DNA from: Azolla caroliniana
Lineage: Eukaryota > Plantae > Polypodiophyta
Direction of reading: 5' to 3'
Length of the DNA stretch: 64,000 nucleotides
Assembly (NCBI GenBank): GCA_043228905.1
Contig: JBHGNT010000006.1
Span: 5,084,001 to 5,148,000 of the forward strand
Made by a program: the position numbers and the translations under genes. Numbering within the stretch: the first letter of the stretch is position 1; every line of letters starts with the position of its first letter. Below, piece after piece: positions 35,667 to 47,494 of the stretch. The notes under the pieces were generated by a model, which did no database searches, was not told the DNA's origin, and saw only the letters and a list, made by a program, of their open reading frames with translations.

Positions 35667-38600
35667 TGTTGGAAGCAAGGGCCGTCAATGCGGAAGATCA
35701 AGAAGCATTCTTTTAGGGTTGAGTACCTGCGTATGACAGTTTCTGAGATAGGGAGAGAGAGAGAGAGAGAGAGAGGCACAAAAGACCTTCTATTCAATAA
35801 AGCAATAATACAACACCCAACCTTACAAAAAGGTTACAAGGTCACTATATATAGTGACCGACTTAGGGCAACTACCATTTATGCTAATTACACAAATGGC
35901 CCAAACTGGAGCTATACAAAAGGGATAGTGTGAATACGTCCATTATACACTTGTATTCGACACTCCCCCGTAATGGGCGTATACATGGGTTATCTAAGAT
36001 TACAGGTATGAACCTAGGTTCTTGGACATATCAGTTTTTGTTCGAGTCGGCAGGGTCCGAAGGCAGAAGACCGAACTGGTCGGGTCGGAAGTGTCGAAGC
36101 CGATCATTAAGGAACTGATGTCGGTTGTCGGAAACCATCCTGCGCTGTGTCCGGCTCTAACCGGACTGGTTTGTCGTTACGCCCATTTGATGCCGAAGAG
36201 ACCGAAAGCGGTCTGCCGAAAGACACTTGGTCATTCCATCTGCGACATTGTCGGTTGTGGATATTTTCTCTAGACCGATTTTCCCTGAAATGACGCAGTC
36301 CCGAACGAAGTGATATCGAACGTCGATATGTTTGGAGGCGTTGTGGTGAACCGGATTTTTTGACAAGGCAACAGCACCTTGACTGTCGCTATAGACAACT
36401 GGAGCCGAGTCATGGTCGACTTGTCGAAACGTGTGCGCCAGCCGACCGAGCCACAAAGCTTCTTTTGCTGCGTCGGACGCAGCTACATATTCTGCTTCGG
36501 TCGTTGAGGTCGCTGTGCACTCCTGAAGTTTCGACTTCCACGAGATTGCTCCATTGCCGAATTTGAAGCAGTATCCGGTTGTTGATTTCCGACTGTCTAT
36601 ACAGCCGGCGAAGTCCGAGTCGGTGTAACCGACTACGCCTGAGGTTCGGTTCAGACCGAAAAGAATGCCGTGGTCTTTTGTGCCAGCCAGATATCTGAAC
36701 ACATGCTTGACTGCGTTCCAATGCGATCGGCCAGGATTATGCATAAATCTGCTAACGACTCCTACGGCATGAGAAATATCAGGCCGTGTTGCGACCATCA
36801 GGTACATAAGGGAGCCGACTGCCGGTGCATACGGTACCGACTTCATATCTTCCCCCTCCGAACCGGATGTCGGGCAGTCTCGCTGAGAGAGCCGAAGATG
36901 CATGGGGAGCGGGGTTGAAGCAGATTTGGCTGATTGCATGTTGAAGCGTTCCAAGACACGTCCGATATAGTCGGTCTGAGACAAAAAAAGATGTCGTTTA
37001 TCGCGATGCCGACTAATCTTCATGCCGAGTATGTGTCGTGCCGGACCGAGGTCCTTCATGGCAAACTTCAACCGCAGTTGCCGAATGAGATCGGCAAGTT
37101 CGCCCGCGTGGCGTCCAGAAATTAGCATGTCGTCCACGTAGATGATGAGGAAGATGGGTGATCCATCTTGAGCTGTGTTGGTGAAAAGACAATGGTCCTC
37201 ATCGCTTTTTGAGAAGCCGATCGATTGGATGTAGTCGTCGAACTTCTTGTACCATTGTCGCGGTGCCTGTTTGAGGCCGTATAGACTCTTTCTGAGTCGG
37301 CAGACTAGATGTTCTTGGCCAGTTGCCACGAAGCCTTTTGGCTGCTCCATATAAATTTCCTCTTCAAGATCACCATGGAGGAAGGCTGTTTTGACATCTA
37401 GCTGAATCAGCTCCAAGTTGTCGGCTGCCACTACGCCGAGTAGGAAACGAAGGGTTGTCATTTTCACCACTGGTGAAAAAATCTCGTCGAAGTCGACGCC
37501 ATATTCTTGTCGGAAGCCCTTCGCAACTAATCTGGCCTTGTACTTTGGGGTGGTCGAATCAGACGTCTCTTTTAGTCGATAAACCCACTTGCAAGGAAGA
37601 GCACGTCGGTTCTGAGGTAATTCGACCAGGTCCCAAGTCTTGTTTGCCCGAATGGAGTGCATTTCCGACTCCATCGCCAGATGCCAGGTGGCTGAATCGA
37701 CAGATGTCGATGCTTCTTCGTAAGACGTCGGTTCGCCGGCGTCGGTGAAGAAAATTCCAGGAGAATACCTCTTCGGAGGTTGCGACAGTCTCTCGGATCG
37801 TCGAGGTATGATTGGACTGGTCGCATCGGGTATCGAGGTTGGATGGTCCGAAAGCGAATCATTCGGCTGTGCCGAGTCGGAGTTGTCCGAGTCGGGAGTG
37901 TAAGGTTCAGCTACCCGTGAAGCTGACCGTGTGTTAAGAGCAGGGCCTTCTTGAAGGGTCGGCACATCGGAAAATGTTACCCTTCGGACTTCGATCGGTG
38001 TTTTGACTGATGGATTCATAGCCGACTCGTTGAACACAACGTCCGAACTTCGAACGATTTGTCTGCGTTCGGGGTCCCAGAGTCGGTATCCCATTTCGCC
38101 GTCGGATCCATATCCAAGGAAAATGCATTTCCTGGACCGAGGTGCAAGTTTTCGGCGATCATCTTTCGGAATAAGGGCGTACGCCTCGCATCCGAAGATC
38201 CTCAGCTTGTCGTAATTCGGCTTACTGCCGATCCATAGTTCCTGAGGAATTTGAAGTCCTAGAGGTCTACTTGGCGACATATTGATTATGTGTACTGCCG
38301 TGAGTAGAGCCTCTGCCCAGAAGCCATCCGACAGTCCGGAGTGTTGGAGCATGGAAACTATCCGTTCTTGGATTGTCCGATTCATTCGTTCTGCAATCCC
38401 GTTTTGCTCCGGACTGTGTGGTGCCGTAAATTCACGTCGGATGCCGCGTTGTCGGCAGAATTTGACGAATTCTTCTGATTTGAACTCTCCCCCATTATCG
38501 GTCCGAAAGCATTTCAGTTTTCGGTCGGTTTGATTTTCTACCATAGCGAGCCAATCGGAGAAGATCGAGAAGACACGATCTTTGGTGCGAATTGGATAAG

Positions 38601-41160
38601 CCCACACCTTTCGAGTCGAATCGTCAATAAAACTGACGAAGTAAGAGGCACCGCCAAGAGACTGATGCGGCATTGGGCCACAGACGTCCGAGTGGACTAA
38701 GTCGAGAGGTCTCGTTTCTCTTGGTGCTGATGTCGGGTGTGATGCGGCTGCTTGTTTGCCATACTGGCAATGCTCGCAGAATTGATGGTCGGAGAAGGAG
38801 AGTTTGGGGATGTACCCGGCTCTAGATAGATGCGTAATGCCGGCCTTGCTGAGGTGTCCTAATCTTCGGTGCCATAGTGATGACACAGGAATATCCACCA
38901 AAAACAGGTTACCCTCTCTGAGCGTAACATGTAACGGATACAGTGAGTGTATCTTGGGTCCTCTAGCAAGCAGGAGGTTCCCCTTGTGGAGTGTCCACCC
39001 TCCCGAAGAGAAACCGGCACGAATGCCGTCTTCATCTAGTTGTCCGACTGAGATCAAAGGCCTCGAGAGCTCGGGTACATGTTGGACATTGTGAAGTACA
39101 AGTGTAGAGCCACCTACAAGGTTGAGCTCTACTGTGCCGATTCCGATGATGTCACAGTGTTGTGAGTTGCCGACTCGAACTGAGTCGGAGTGACGGATCG
39201 TATATTGCCGAAATTGGGATCTATGAGGAGTCACGTGAAATGACGCGCCCGAATCCAAGAGCCATGTGCTCGATTCTTCAGTCGTGAGCAGAACTTCTGA
39301 TCCGACTGGATTTTCGATTGACAGTATATTCGGGTCGTTTGGTAGCACATCAGCTGAGAAGCTGACGTAATTGATCTCCTCATGCCGGCCACTCTTCTTG
39401 TTGTTCTTGTTCTTGAGTGCGCGGCAGTCGGCTTTGATGTGTCCGGGTTTCTTGCAATAGTTGCAGATTCGGTTATCCCGTGACTGGCTCCGTCTTCGCT
39501 GATTGTTCGGCGGTCGTGAGGAATCTCTTCCTCGTATGTTCGATCGGTCTGTCGAACCTTGTACTACATAAGCGTCGTCTGTTGAGTCTTTGGTGAAAGA
39601 CTTTCTCCGAGCTGCTTCGGTCAGGATTGCGCTCGTGACTTCGGAGTATTTAACAGCCGTGGTTGACGCGTTGCACACGGTTGTGACGAAAGTTTCCCAT
39701 GATGAGGGAAGGCTACTCATGAGTATCATTGCTCTGAGTTCATCCTCGATTGCCGTCCCCTGAGATGAGATTTGGGAGCTTATGCTTTCGTACTCATTGA
39801 GGTGTGCTTGAACCGAATCGGATTCTTTCATCCGCAAGTTGTAGAGCCGCCGGATCAGAAACATCTTCGTTGCGGCGCCCTTCTTTTCGTAAGTGTCCGA
39901 CAGTGTTTTCCACAGTTCGAATGCTGTCGTACACGATTGCACCGTAAAATATACCGATTCCGATAGGTGCATCCGAATCGTGGCGCGGACGATTCTGTCC
40001 AGCTTCTGCCACTCAATTGGTTTGTATCCTTCTGGAGGTTCTTCATTTTCGATGGGATCGATTTGCCCCTTGACTATGAGATAGTCCTGCATTTGCTCCT
40101 TCCAGAAGTTAAAGTTCGATCCATCGAACTTTCGTAGACTCATTTCTGACGAGCCGGATGTTGATGCCATCAAATTCGGTTTCGGTTGACGAAGCTCGGT
40201 TCGGAGTTGACTACGAACCTTGTTGGAGTGCAGCCGGTTGGCTCACCCGATATCGTTCTCGTCGGATTTGAACCCGAGTCGGTTCGGCTTCGGATATATG
40301 TACTGTTGAACTTGCTCGAATTGACTCCGGTAACTTGAGGGACAGAACCGACTGGTCTTCCCGAATGTTGCCGAGTCGGAGTGAGCCCGGTTCGCTTCGG
40401 ATATATATATGCCGAATACCGATTATTGAAACCGATTGTCTGGACCGATTCTGCTTCGGGTGACTGCAGCGACGAGAGAGACGGATCCAACTGATCCTCT
40501 CGAATGTCGATCAGCCGGATGAAGCACGAATTGGGGTTGTTGTCTTGAGACCGATCTGCACCGAGTGGTTACAATGAGCGGCGAGCAGCGTTTGTTGACC
40601 TCTTCGGATGCCGTTTAACCGAGTGGAGCACGATCGTGTCAATGTTGCACAAGGGGATTTCACCTCGAGCGGTTACGATCACAAGGAACAGAGTACAACC
40701 GGCTGGCTTACTCCAAGCGAAAATGATCTAACGCGATGAGATGCAAGCCTCGTTTTTCTTCTTCTTCTCTCTTCTTCGAATGACGCAGGAAACCGAATGC
40801 TGTGCAGGCTGAGACGACGGCCGACAGCGGATTGAAGGACCGAATGCTGTGCAGGCTCTGATACCAGATGTTGGAAGCAAGGGCCGTCAATGCGGAAGAT
40901 CAAGAAGCATTCTTTTAGGGTTGAGTACCTGCGTATGACAGTTTCTGAGATAGGGAGAGAGAGAGAGAGAGAGGCACAAAAGACCTTCTATTCAATAAAT
41001 CAATAATACAACACCCAACCTTACAAAAAGGTTACAAGGTCACTATATATAGTGACCGACTTAGGGCAACTACCATTTATGCTAATTACACAAATGGCCC
41101 AAACTTGAGCTATACAAAAGGGATAGTGTGAATACGTCCATTATACACTTGTATTCGACA
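35667..41160 (-). mobile_element. Ty1/copia LTR retrotransposon (Copia-4), apparently intact, inserted in the gag of chromovirus A
   Basis: LTRs at 35667-35962 and 40869-41160, near-identical. TSD CAATC. PBS TGGTATCAGAGC at 40855-40866 (-). PPT GGGGGAG next to 35962. Confidence 0.97.
36157..40173 (-). CDS. Copia gag-pol polyprotein, 1338 aa, uninterrupted
   Basis: CNYCKKPGHIKADC, LLDSGAS, WHRRLGH, RTDNGGEF, YKARLVAKGF, YVDDML and SKHIDVRYHF in one ORF. Confidence 0.96.
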   Translation of the reverse strand: MMASTSGSSEMSLRKFDGSNFNFWKEQMQDYLIVKGQIDPIENEEPPEGYKPIEWQKLDRIVRATIRMHLSESVYFTVQSCTTAFELWKTLSDTYEKKGAATKMFLIRRLYNLRMKESDSVQAHLNEYESISSQISSQGTAIEDELRAMILMSSLPSSWETFVTTVCNASTTAVKYSEVTSAILTEAARRKSFTKDSTDDAYVVQGSTDRSNIRGRDSSRPPNNQRRRSQSRDNRICNYCKKPGHIKADCRALKNKNNKKSGRHEEINYVSFSADVLPNDPNILSIENPVGSEVLLTTEESSTWLLDSGASFHVTPHRSQFRQYTIRHSDSVRVGNSQHCDIIGIGTVELNLVGGSTLVLHNVQHVPELSRPLISVGQLDEDGIRAGFSSGGWTLHKGNLLLARGPKIHSLYPLHVTLREGNLFLVDIPVSSLWHRRLGHLSKAGITHLSRAGYIPKLSFSDHQFCEHCQYGKQAAASHPTSAPRETRPLDLVHSDVCGPMPHQSLGGASYFVSFIDDSTRKVWAYPIRTKDRVFSIFSDWLAMVENQTDRKLKCFRTDNGGEFKSEEFVKFCRQRGIRREFTAPHSPEQNGIAERMNRTIQERIVSMLQHSGLSDGFWAEALLTAVHIINMSPSRPLGLQIPQELWIGSKPNYDKLRIFGCEAYALIPKDDRRKLAPRSRKCIFLGYGSDGEMGYRLWDPERRQIVRSSDVVFNESAMNPSVKTPIEVRRVTFSDVPTLQEGPALNTRSASRVAEPYTPDSDNSDSAQPNDSLSDHPTSIPDATSPIIPRRSERLSQPPKRYSPGIFFTDAGEPTSYEEASTSVDSATWHLAMESEMHSIRANKTWDLVELPQNRRALPCKWVYRLKETSDSTTPKYKARLVAKGFRQEYGVDFDEIFSPVVKMTTLRFLLGVVAADNLELIQLDVKTAFLHGDLEEEIYMEQPKGFVATGQEHLVCRLRKSLYGLKQAPRQWYKKFDDYIQSIGFSKSDEDHCLFTNTAQDGSPIFLIIYVDDMLISGRHAGELADLIRQLRLKFAMKDLGPARHILGMKISRHRDKRHLFLSQTDYIGRVLERFNMQSAKSASTPLPMHLRLSQRDCPTSGSEGEDMKSVPYAPAVGSLMYLMVATRPDISHAVGVVSRFMHNPGRSHWNAVKHVFRYLAGTKDHGILFGLNRTSGVVGYTDSDFAGCIDSRKSTTGYCFKFGNGAISWKSKLQECTATSTTEAEYVAASDAAKEALWLGRLAHTFRQVDHDSAPVVYSDSQGAVALSKNPVHHNASKHIDVRYHFVRDCVISGKIGLEKISTTDNVADGMTKCLSADRFRSLRHQMGVTTNQSG

Positions 41161-41806
41161 CAATCATCCCCAAGGCAAATGTATAGCCCTGCTCCAACTC
41201 CAAGGCAAACACGTAGTCCAGTCCCAATGGATAGTCCTACACCCATGGAGATTGATATGACTCAACGACGAGGACCGTTGTCAGACGAAGAGAAGCAACG
41301 TCGTCGAGCAAACCATCTGTGCTTATATTGTGGAGGTCCAGGACATATAGCCATTCATTGCTCCCGTAGGCCGATGTCAGGAATAGTACTAAAACAGAGA
41401 TGGAATTAGTACTAAGAAGAGTAGTACTATTAGTACTAAGAGAACAGGACTGCGTAAGATTCCCGAGAGAGAGGAAGTGAGAAGAGGAGAGAGAGGGAAA
41501 TAGGATGATGACAGCAGCTCTTATATTATATGAAAGATAAGTACAAATCGACTAAGAGGCTTAAGACTGGTGTTGAACCAATTTGGTTCAAAACAATGCC
41601 TTGTGCCTCCTTTTATAGTGTTTTTAGGAATAATCTTGAAGCTTCTAGAATGTTCCAGAGAGATCTGGAGTATACATCAATTTTCTATGATAAAGTATAA
41701 ATGAAAATAATATCCTACAAAATACAATTCCTAATCTAATGGTAAGAGCTCGACCCATGTAGCATAAAGTCATGGGTTCGAGTCTTGCCATGACACTATC
41801 TCCCCC

Positions 41807-44800
41807 TTAAAGACGACGAGTGGAACGAGTCGGCGCTAACTGCGGACCGGGTTTGTCCGGATACTTTCGGTGGAAATCAACAAGAAGATCTTGTGCATTG
41901 GCAACATTCTCGACGGGTTCCCAAGTACGTTCGCTCGGACTATAACCGAGCCAATCGACCAAGTAATAAAGTTTGTTGCGAACAAGTTTGGAATCGAGGA
42001 TGGCAGCAACTTCATACTCCGGGCCGGCGTCCAACTCCAGCGGGGGCGGCGGTGGTGTCACACGATCGGGAATGGTGTTTGCTTTATAAGGTTCAAGAAG
42101 AGAACAATGGAAAACCGGATGTATCTGAAGCTGCGGAGGGAGATCCAAGCGGAAGGTGACATCATTAATCTTCCCCGTAATACGGAAAGGACCGAGTCGT
42201 CGATAATCCAACTTGTCGCACGATCGAGTAGTCTTGATGTGACGACGTAAGAGCCATACTCGATCTCCGATGGCAAAAGAGGAGGGAATCCGATGACGAT
42301 CCGCATAAGTCTTCTGTGTGTGTTGAGCATGACGAAGGTGAGTAGAGAGATCCATCTGGATCTTGCGTAGCCTCTCCAAATGGTCCTCGGCACGAGGGTT
42401 GGTAGGTAGCTCCGGAGTGTCGATCACCGACCAGCGAGGATGGAAACCGGTATAAGCGAGAAATGGGGAGACCCGAGTCGAGGAGTGAATAGCATTATTA
42501 TACGCAAACTCCGCAAAGTGGAGAATCTCGGCCCAATCGTCCTGTTGATAACTCAGGAAACACCGGAGATATTGCTCCAACGTTTGGTTTGTTCGTTCCG
42601 CCTGTCCGTCAGTTTGAGGATGGTAGCCGGAGGAGAGGTTGCAGGAGACCTTGAGCATCCTGAAGAGATGCTGCCAAAATTTGGAGACAAATTGCGGGCC
42701 TCGGTCACTGATAATACTGTCTGGTAGGCCATGATGCCGAAATACCTCACGCATAACAAGAGCGGCGGTTTCCTCGCTAGTGATGGCTTTAGTACATGGC
42801 ACAAAATGTGCCATCTTCGTATATCGATCGACGACGGTTAGGATAGCATCGAACCCCTTCGAGACCGGCAGATCTGTAATAAAATCAAGACAAATAGACT
42901 GCCATGGCTTACTTGGAATTGGTAAAGGTTCCAACAAGCCATATGGATGGTGTCATGGCATCTTTGCTCGGCAGCAAGCATCACAGGTCCGAACGTAGTC
43001 GTCGACAAAACGGCGCATGTGGGGCCACCAAAAAGATCGCTGCACTAACTCCAACGTCTTGGTACTACCGAAATGTCCCGCCGTATGGGTGTCGTGACAA
43101 TGTTGGACGATTTGAAGGCGACAGGAGCAATCGGGGACATATACGCGCTTTTTAAAGAATAACAAACCATCATGATATTCGAATTGTCGGTAGTCAATAC
43201 CTGGTTGTTGAGACTGAGAACAGGATGTCCGAGAAGTATCAATGTGCGCCAGGATGTCTTGAGCAAAACTATCCGTCTTCAAGGTTGCACGTATGTCATC
43301 GGTAATCCGTGAATCCATCGGGGTGTGAAAAATCCGCGTCGTGTGCAATCGTGTTGGTCCCAAGATTACTTGCTTTTGATTATCAAATGTTGCGTCACCA
43401 GGACGAGGTGCAAGATATGAACGCCGTGATAGTGCATCTGCTTTTCCTTGCTGCTTCCCCGGCCGATATGTGATTTCGAAGTTGAAACGCGTGAGGAATT
43501 GCGCCCACCGAGCTTGCCGTCGATTTAGTACGCGAGCGTTCTGAAAATAAGCAAGATTTTTATGATCGCTAAAGACAATGACCTGATGTGGAGAGCCCTC
43601 TAAGAAATGCCGCCATTGTACAAATGAATCCACGATGGCTAATAACTCCTTGTCATGTATTTCGTAGTTGATTTCTGCGACATTGAATTTGCGCGAATGG
43701 AAAGCCACCGGATGCAACTCTTCTTTATCGCCTTGTTGAGAAAGGATGCTACCGAGGGCGAAATCTGATGCGTCGGCCTCCATGATGAATGGTTTGCTTG
43801 TATCCACATGAGCTAGAATCGGTGCTGATGTAAAGGCTTTCTTAAGATGCCGAAAAGCCATATCTGCTTCGATGGACCAAAGAAATGCTTGGCCCTTCTT
43901 CGTAAGTTGTGTGAGAGGTAAAATAATCTTCGAGTAATCCTGTATAAACTTACGGTAGAAGTTAGCAAAGCCTAGAAAACATTGTACATCTCGTACCGAC
44001 CGTGGAATTTGCCACTCTAGTACAGTTTGGATTTTAGCTGGATCCATGGCGATGCCCTTTGAGGAGATGACGTAGCCTAGAAATTCCACTTGCTTGCAGT
44101 CAAAGCTACATTTCTCTAGCTTGGCATAAAGACCATTCTCGCGGAGTCGCTTTAGTACTAATAGTACATGAGAATCGTGCTCTTCCTGGGTCTTCGAATA
44201 AATCAACAGATCATCCAGATAAATGATCAAACAGATATCCAAGAGGTCTCTGAATATATCATTTGCCATGTGTTGGAAGACTGCGGGTGCATTGGTTAGG
44301 CCAAACGGCATAACAGTATACTCGAAATGCCCATACCGCGTGCGAAAAGCGGTCTTCCACTCATCTCCCGGTCGGATCCGCACGAGATTATACGCTCCTC
44401 GTAGGTCGATTTTAGTAAAAAACTTGGCACCATTAACTCGCTCTAAAAGACTTGATATAAGAGGAAGTGCATACCTATTCCGGATGGTGACTTTATTCAA
44501 TCCGCGGTAATCAACGACAAGACGAAGTGAGCCATCTTTCTTCTTGACAAAGAAGATGGGTGCACCGGCCGGAGATTTCGAATGACGGATGAACCCGCTT
44601 GCCAAGTTCTCCTCTATGTAGGCTCGAAGGACTTCTAACTCGGTGGGTGACAAGTTGTAAATTGGTCCCCATGGTGGCTCGGTTCCTGGTTGTAAATCGA
44701 TGGGACAGTCATAGGGACGGTGATGAGGAAGGGTACCGGCTTTTACCTTGTCAAATACATTGGCATAAGGATGATATTTTGCCGGAAGTTGTATTGAGGA

Positions 44801-45700
44801 GTCCTTCTTAATAGTGCTAGAAGGATGTACTGATATGGCAAATAGGAACATTGCCTCCTTGGGTCCTTCTTCGCGTAGTTGATGGAGTGAAATGGTCGAA
44901 ACTCGGTGAGTTGATTCTTGGGGTGGTCGATATCAGACTTCTCTTGTTCTCCAATCTATGGCTGGATTATGTAATTCAAGCCAAGGTAATCCTAGGACAA
45001 TGGGATGCTCTGGACTACTAATTATATTAAATGATATTATACACACAAAACTACCTAGGACAACTTGAATGGGTTCTGATTCTTCTACAATATTCCCGGA
45101 AGCAATGGGACGACCATCAATGACCACTACAGATGCAGGACAAGGAAGTTTTCTTAAGGATATCTGAGAAGCTTGGGCAAAATTTCGATCCATGAAACAT
45201 GAATTAGCTCCGGAATCTAAAAGTGCTAGGACGGTGTCGTGCCTTTCGGCTCCGGATCGTTTGCGTGAGTCGGGTGGGAACCACTGAGGTTTTGGACTAG
45301 GAGAAAGAAGTTCGTGAGATAGAGATTAATTATGAGTAAATAGCAAAGAGAAAGATAAGAAACTCGTGAATCACACGAGTATACTATATTAATTGATACT
45401 TAGGGTGTTAAGAGAGAAGTAGATGTATAAATCGTGAATCCCACGAATAATTTTTGTATTGCCGTTTTCTTCCTTGCCGGTTCTCACCGAGCACTCCATT
45501 CTCTATCCGGAGGGACAAAATATAATTTCCACATAGTGTGCAACCTACACTACGACAACGGGTACTGGGGGAGTACTTTTAGTACTAACAATGACTTGGG
45601 CTAGGAACACATTGCTAACTTGCTTGGAAGGAATGGAACCACTAATGGGCTGTACAGATCTAGGGTTGCTGTCCAACCAAATGGCTCCTATTTTGGCTGG
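41807..45700 (-). pseudogene. Chromovirus B pol (PR-RT-RH-IN-chromodomain), disrupted by a solo LTR and stops
   Basis: LLDSGA, YLDDLL, DASDFALG, SDRGPQF, GQAERTN, GPF and chromodomain EYEVAAILDS...YLVDWLGY...TWEP. Stops at about 44933 and 42953. Confidence 0.93.
45235..45557 (-). mobile_element. Solo LTR (323 bp) of the Trp-primed gypsy family, TSD ACGG
   Basis: Ends read TGTCGT...ACGACA. ACGG occurs at 45231-34 and 45558-61. Both termini match the LTR at 62051-62754. Confidence 0.9.
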
Positions 45701-45702
45701 AC

Positions 45703-46860
45703 TCAATCGTTTAACTCTTCATCTAATTGACTAAGGATTTCAAATTTATTTGAGATACTTGGGCTATTAGTACTATGAATACTATCTGACACTCTATTAG
45801 TACTATTAATACTATCAGACACTCCAAAGGGAAGAATTGACTCGGGTTTAGTACAGGCGACGATTTGATTTACCTGTCTTCTTGGCCTATGGGGACAATT
45901 GATGGCGATATGTCCTGGTCCACCGCAATAAAGACATAATCGATTGGCACGTCGTCGTTGCTTTTCTTCTTCCGATAACGGGCCGCGTCGACGCATGGTA
46001 TCGATCTCCATCGGTGTCGAAGTATTTGCTTGAGGTGTGTCTCGTGCAAACGGTTTAGCCGCGACTGCGGCGTAAGTGGGCTCTGGCCTAGAGCGTGGTA
46101 TCTGTAATTGACGTTCTGAACGCCGTTCAAAAAGGCGGTTGTCACATCGAACTGCTCGACTGATTGCCTCCGTAAGAGACTTTGGTTCTTCGGGGAAAGT
46201 TAGAAGTAGATCTTTGACATCGTTTCGCAAGCCATAGCAAAACTGCTCCATTAGTGCTTGATCATCCCAGGGTATATCTGAAGCAAGTAGGCGGAAATCC
46301 GCCGCGTAGGCAGAGGCTGGACGATCGCCTTGACGCAATCGCCGGATCTTGTTGATCGCCGTCCTGATGCTGTCGGTGTCTCCAAAGCAGGCTTTAAACT
46401 CACCAATAAAATCTTCAAAGTTATTAAGTAAGGGTGATTGTTTTTCTAGAAGCGGAGCAAACCATGCCAAGGCTGAGCCGCTAAGTAGCGTGCCTATTAG
46501 GCCGACTCGAGATGCATCAGTGGGATATCGGGAAGGATGCATCTGGATGACTAAGCGTACCTGATTAAGGAATCCCCGGAATTGCGAACGCGTTCCATCA
46601 AATTTCACAGGAAGTCCAATCTTGGGCTCTTTATGAAATCCTTGGGGACTGGATCCTTGTTGTTGCAACGCTGCTTCGAGTTGTTGTACCCGTAACGCTA
46701 ACTCCCCATGTTGTTGTTGCGTTTGTTGTTTTTCTAGAGCGATTTGTTGCAGATCCCCTATCAGCCGTTGGTTTTCTTGTTCCAGGGCAACAAATTTTTC
46801 TTTTAGACACTGTAGCTCGGAGAAAACGGATTGGTATTCTTGGACGCTAACAGTAGCCAT
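45703..46860 (-). CDS. Chromovirus B gag (PEG10/sushi-like), 385 aa
   Basis: Coiled-coil N-terminus, PVKFDG, LRQG..ASAYAADF and CLYCGGPGHIAINC. Confidence 0.92.
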   Translation of the reverse strand: MATVSVQEYQSVFSELQCLKEKFVALEQENQRLIGDLQQIALEKQQTQQQHGELALRVQQLEAALQQQGSSPQGFHKEPKIGLPVKFDGTRSQFRGFLNQVRLVIQMHPSRYPTDASRVGLIGTLLSGSALAWFAPLLEKQSPLLNNFEDFIGEFKACFGDTDSIRTAINKIRRLRQGDRPASAYAADFRLLASDIPWDDQALMEQFCYGLRNDVKDLLLTFPEEPKSLTEAISRAVRCDNRLFERRSERQLQIPRSRPEPTYAAVAAKPFARDTPQANTSTPMEIDTMRRRGPLSEEEKQRRRANRLCLYCGGPGHIAINCPHRPRRQVNQIVACTKPESILPFGVSDSINSTNRVSDSIHSTNSPSISNKFEILSQLDEELND

Positions 46861-47494
46861 AGTATAGGGAAAAGGGTAGGAGGATGAGGGAGAGTGACAA
46901 GTAGGCTAGAGGAAAAAATTGGTTCAAACTGTCAGGAATAGTACTAAAACAGAGATGGAATTAGTACTAAGAAGAGTAGTACTATTAGTACTAAGAGAAC
47001 AGGACTGCGTAAGATTCCCGAGAGAGAGGAAGTGAGAAGAGGAGAGAGAGGGAAATAGGATGATGACAGCAGCTCTTATATTATATGAAAGATAAGTACA
47101 AATCGACTAAGAGGCTTAAGACTGGTGTTGAACCAATTTGGTTCAAAACAATGCCTTGTGCCTCCTTTTATAGTGTTTTTAGGAATAATCTTGAAGCTTC
47201 TAGAATGTTCCAGAGAGATCTGGAATATACATCAATTTTCTATGATAAAGTATAAATGAAAATAATATCCTACAAAATACAATTCCTAATCTAATGGTAA
47301 GAGCTCGACCCATGTAGCATAAAGTCATGGGTTCGAGTCTTGCCATGACAGCCGAGACGTCAGGTAAATCAAATTCACTATGACAATAAAAATGAGTCCA
47401 ACATTTTAGAAGTAGTTAGTGAATCTAATATTATGAATAATCCACCCTTGTCCAATAAATTTGAAGTCCTAAGCCAATTAGAAGAGGAGTCAAA

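Larger units (their letters stand above)
41375..47350 (-). mobile_element. Tcn1-like chromovirus B nested in the gag of chromovirus A
   Basis: 421-bp LTRs at 41375-41795 and 46930-47350, with only one difference seen. TSD GCCGA. PPT AGGGGGAGATAG. No tRNA PBS. Confidence 0.97.

Noticed and set aside
45703-46860. Domesticated PEG10/RTL-like host gene
   Set aside because: It lies between near-identical LTRs with a TSD, so it is ordinary chromovirus gag.
47280-47350. A functional tRNA gene, likewise 34411-34483
   Set aside because: A/B boxes are present but there are no convincing acceptor or anticodon stems, and the sequence is part of duplicated LTRs.
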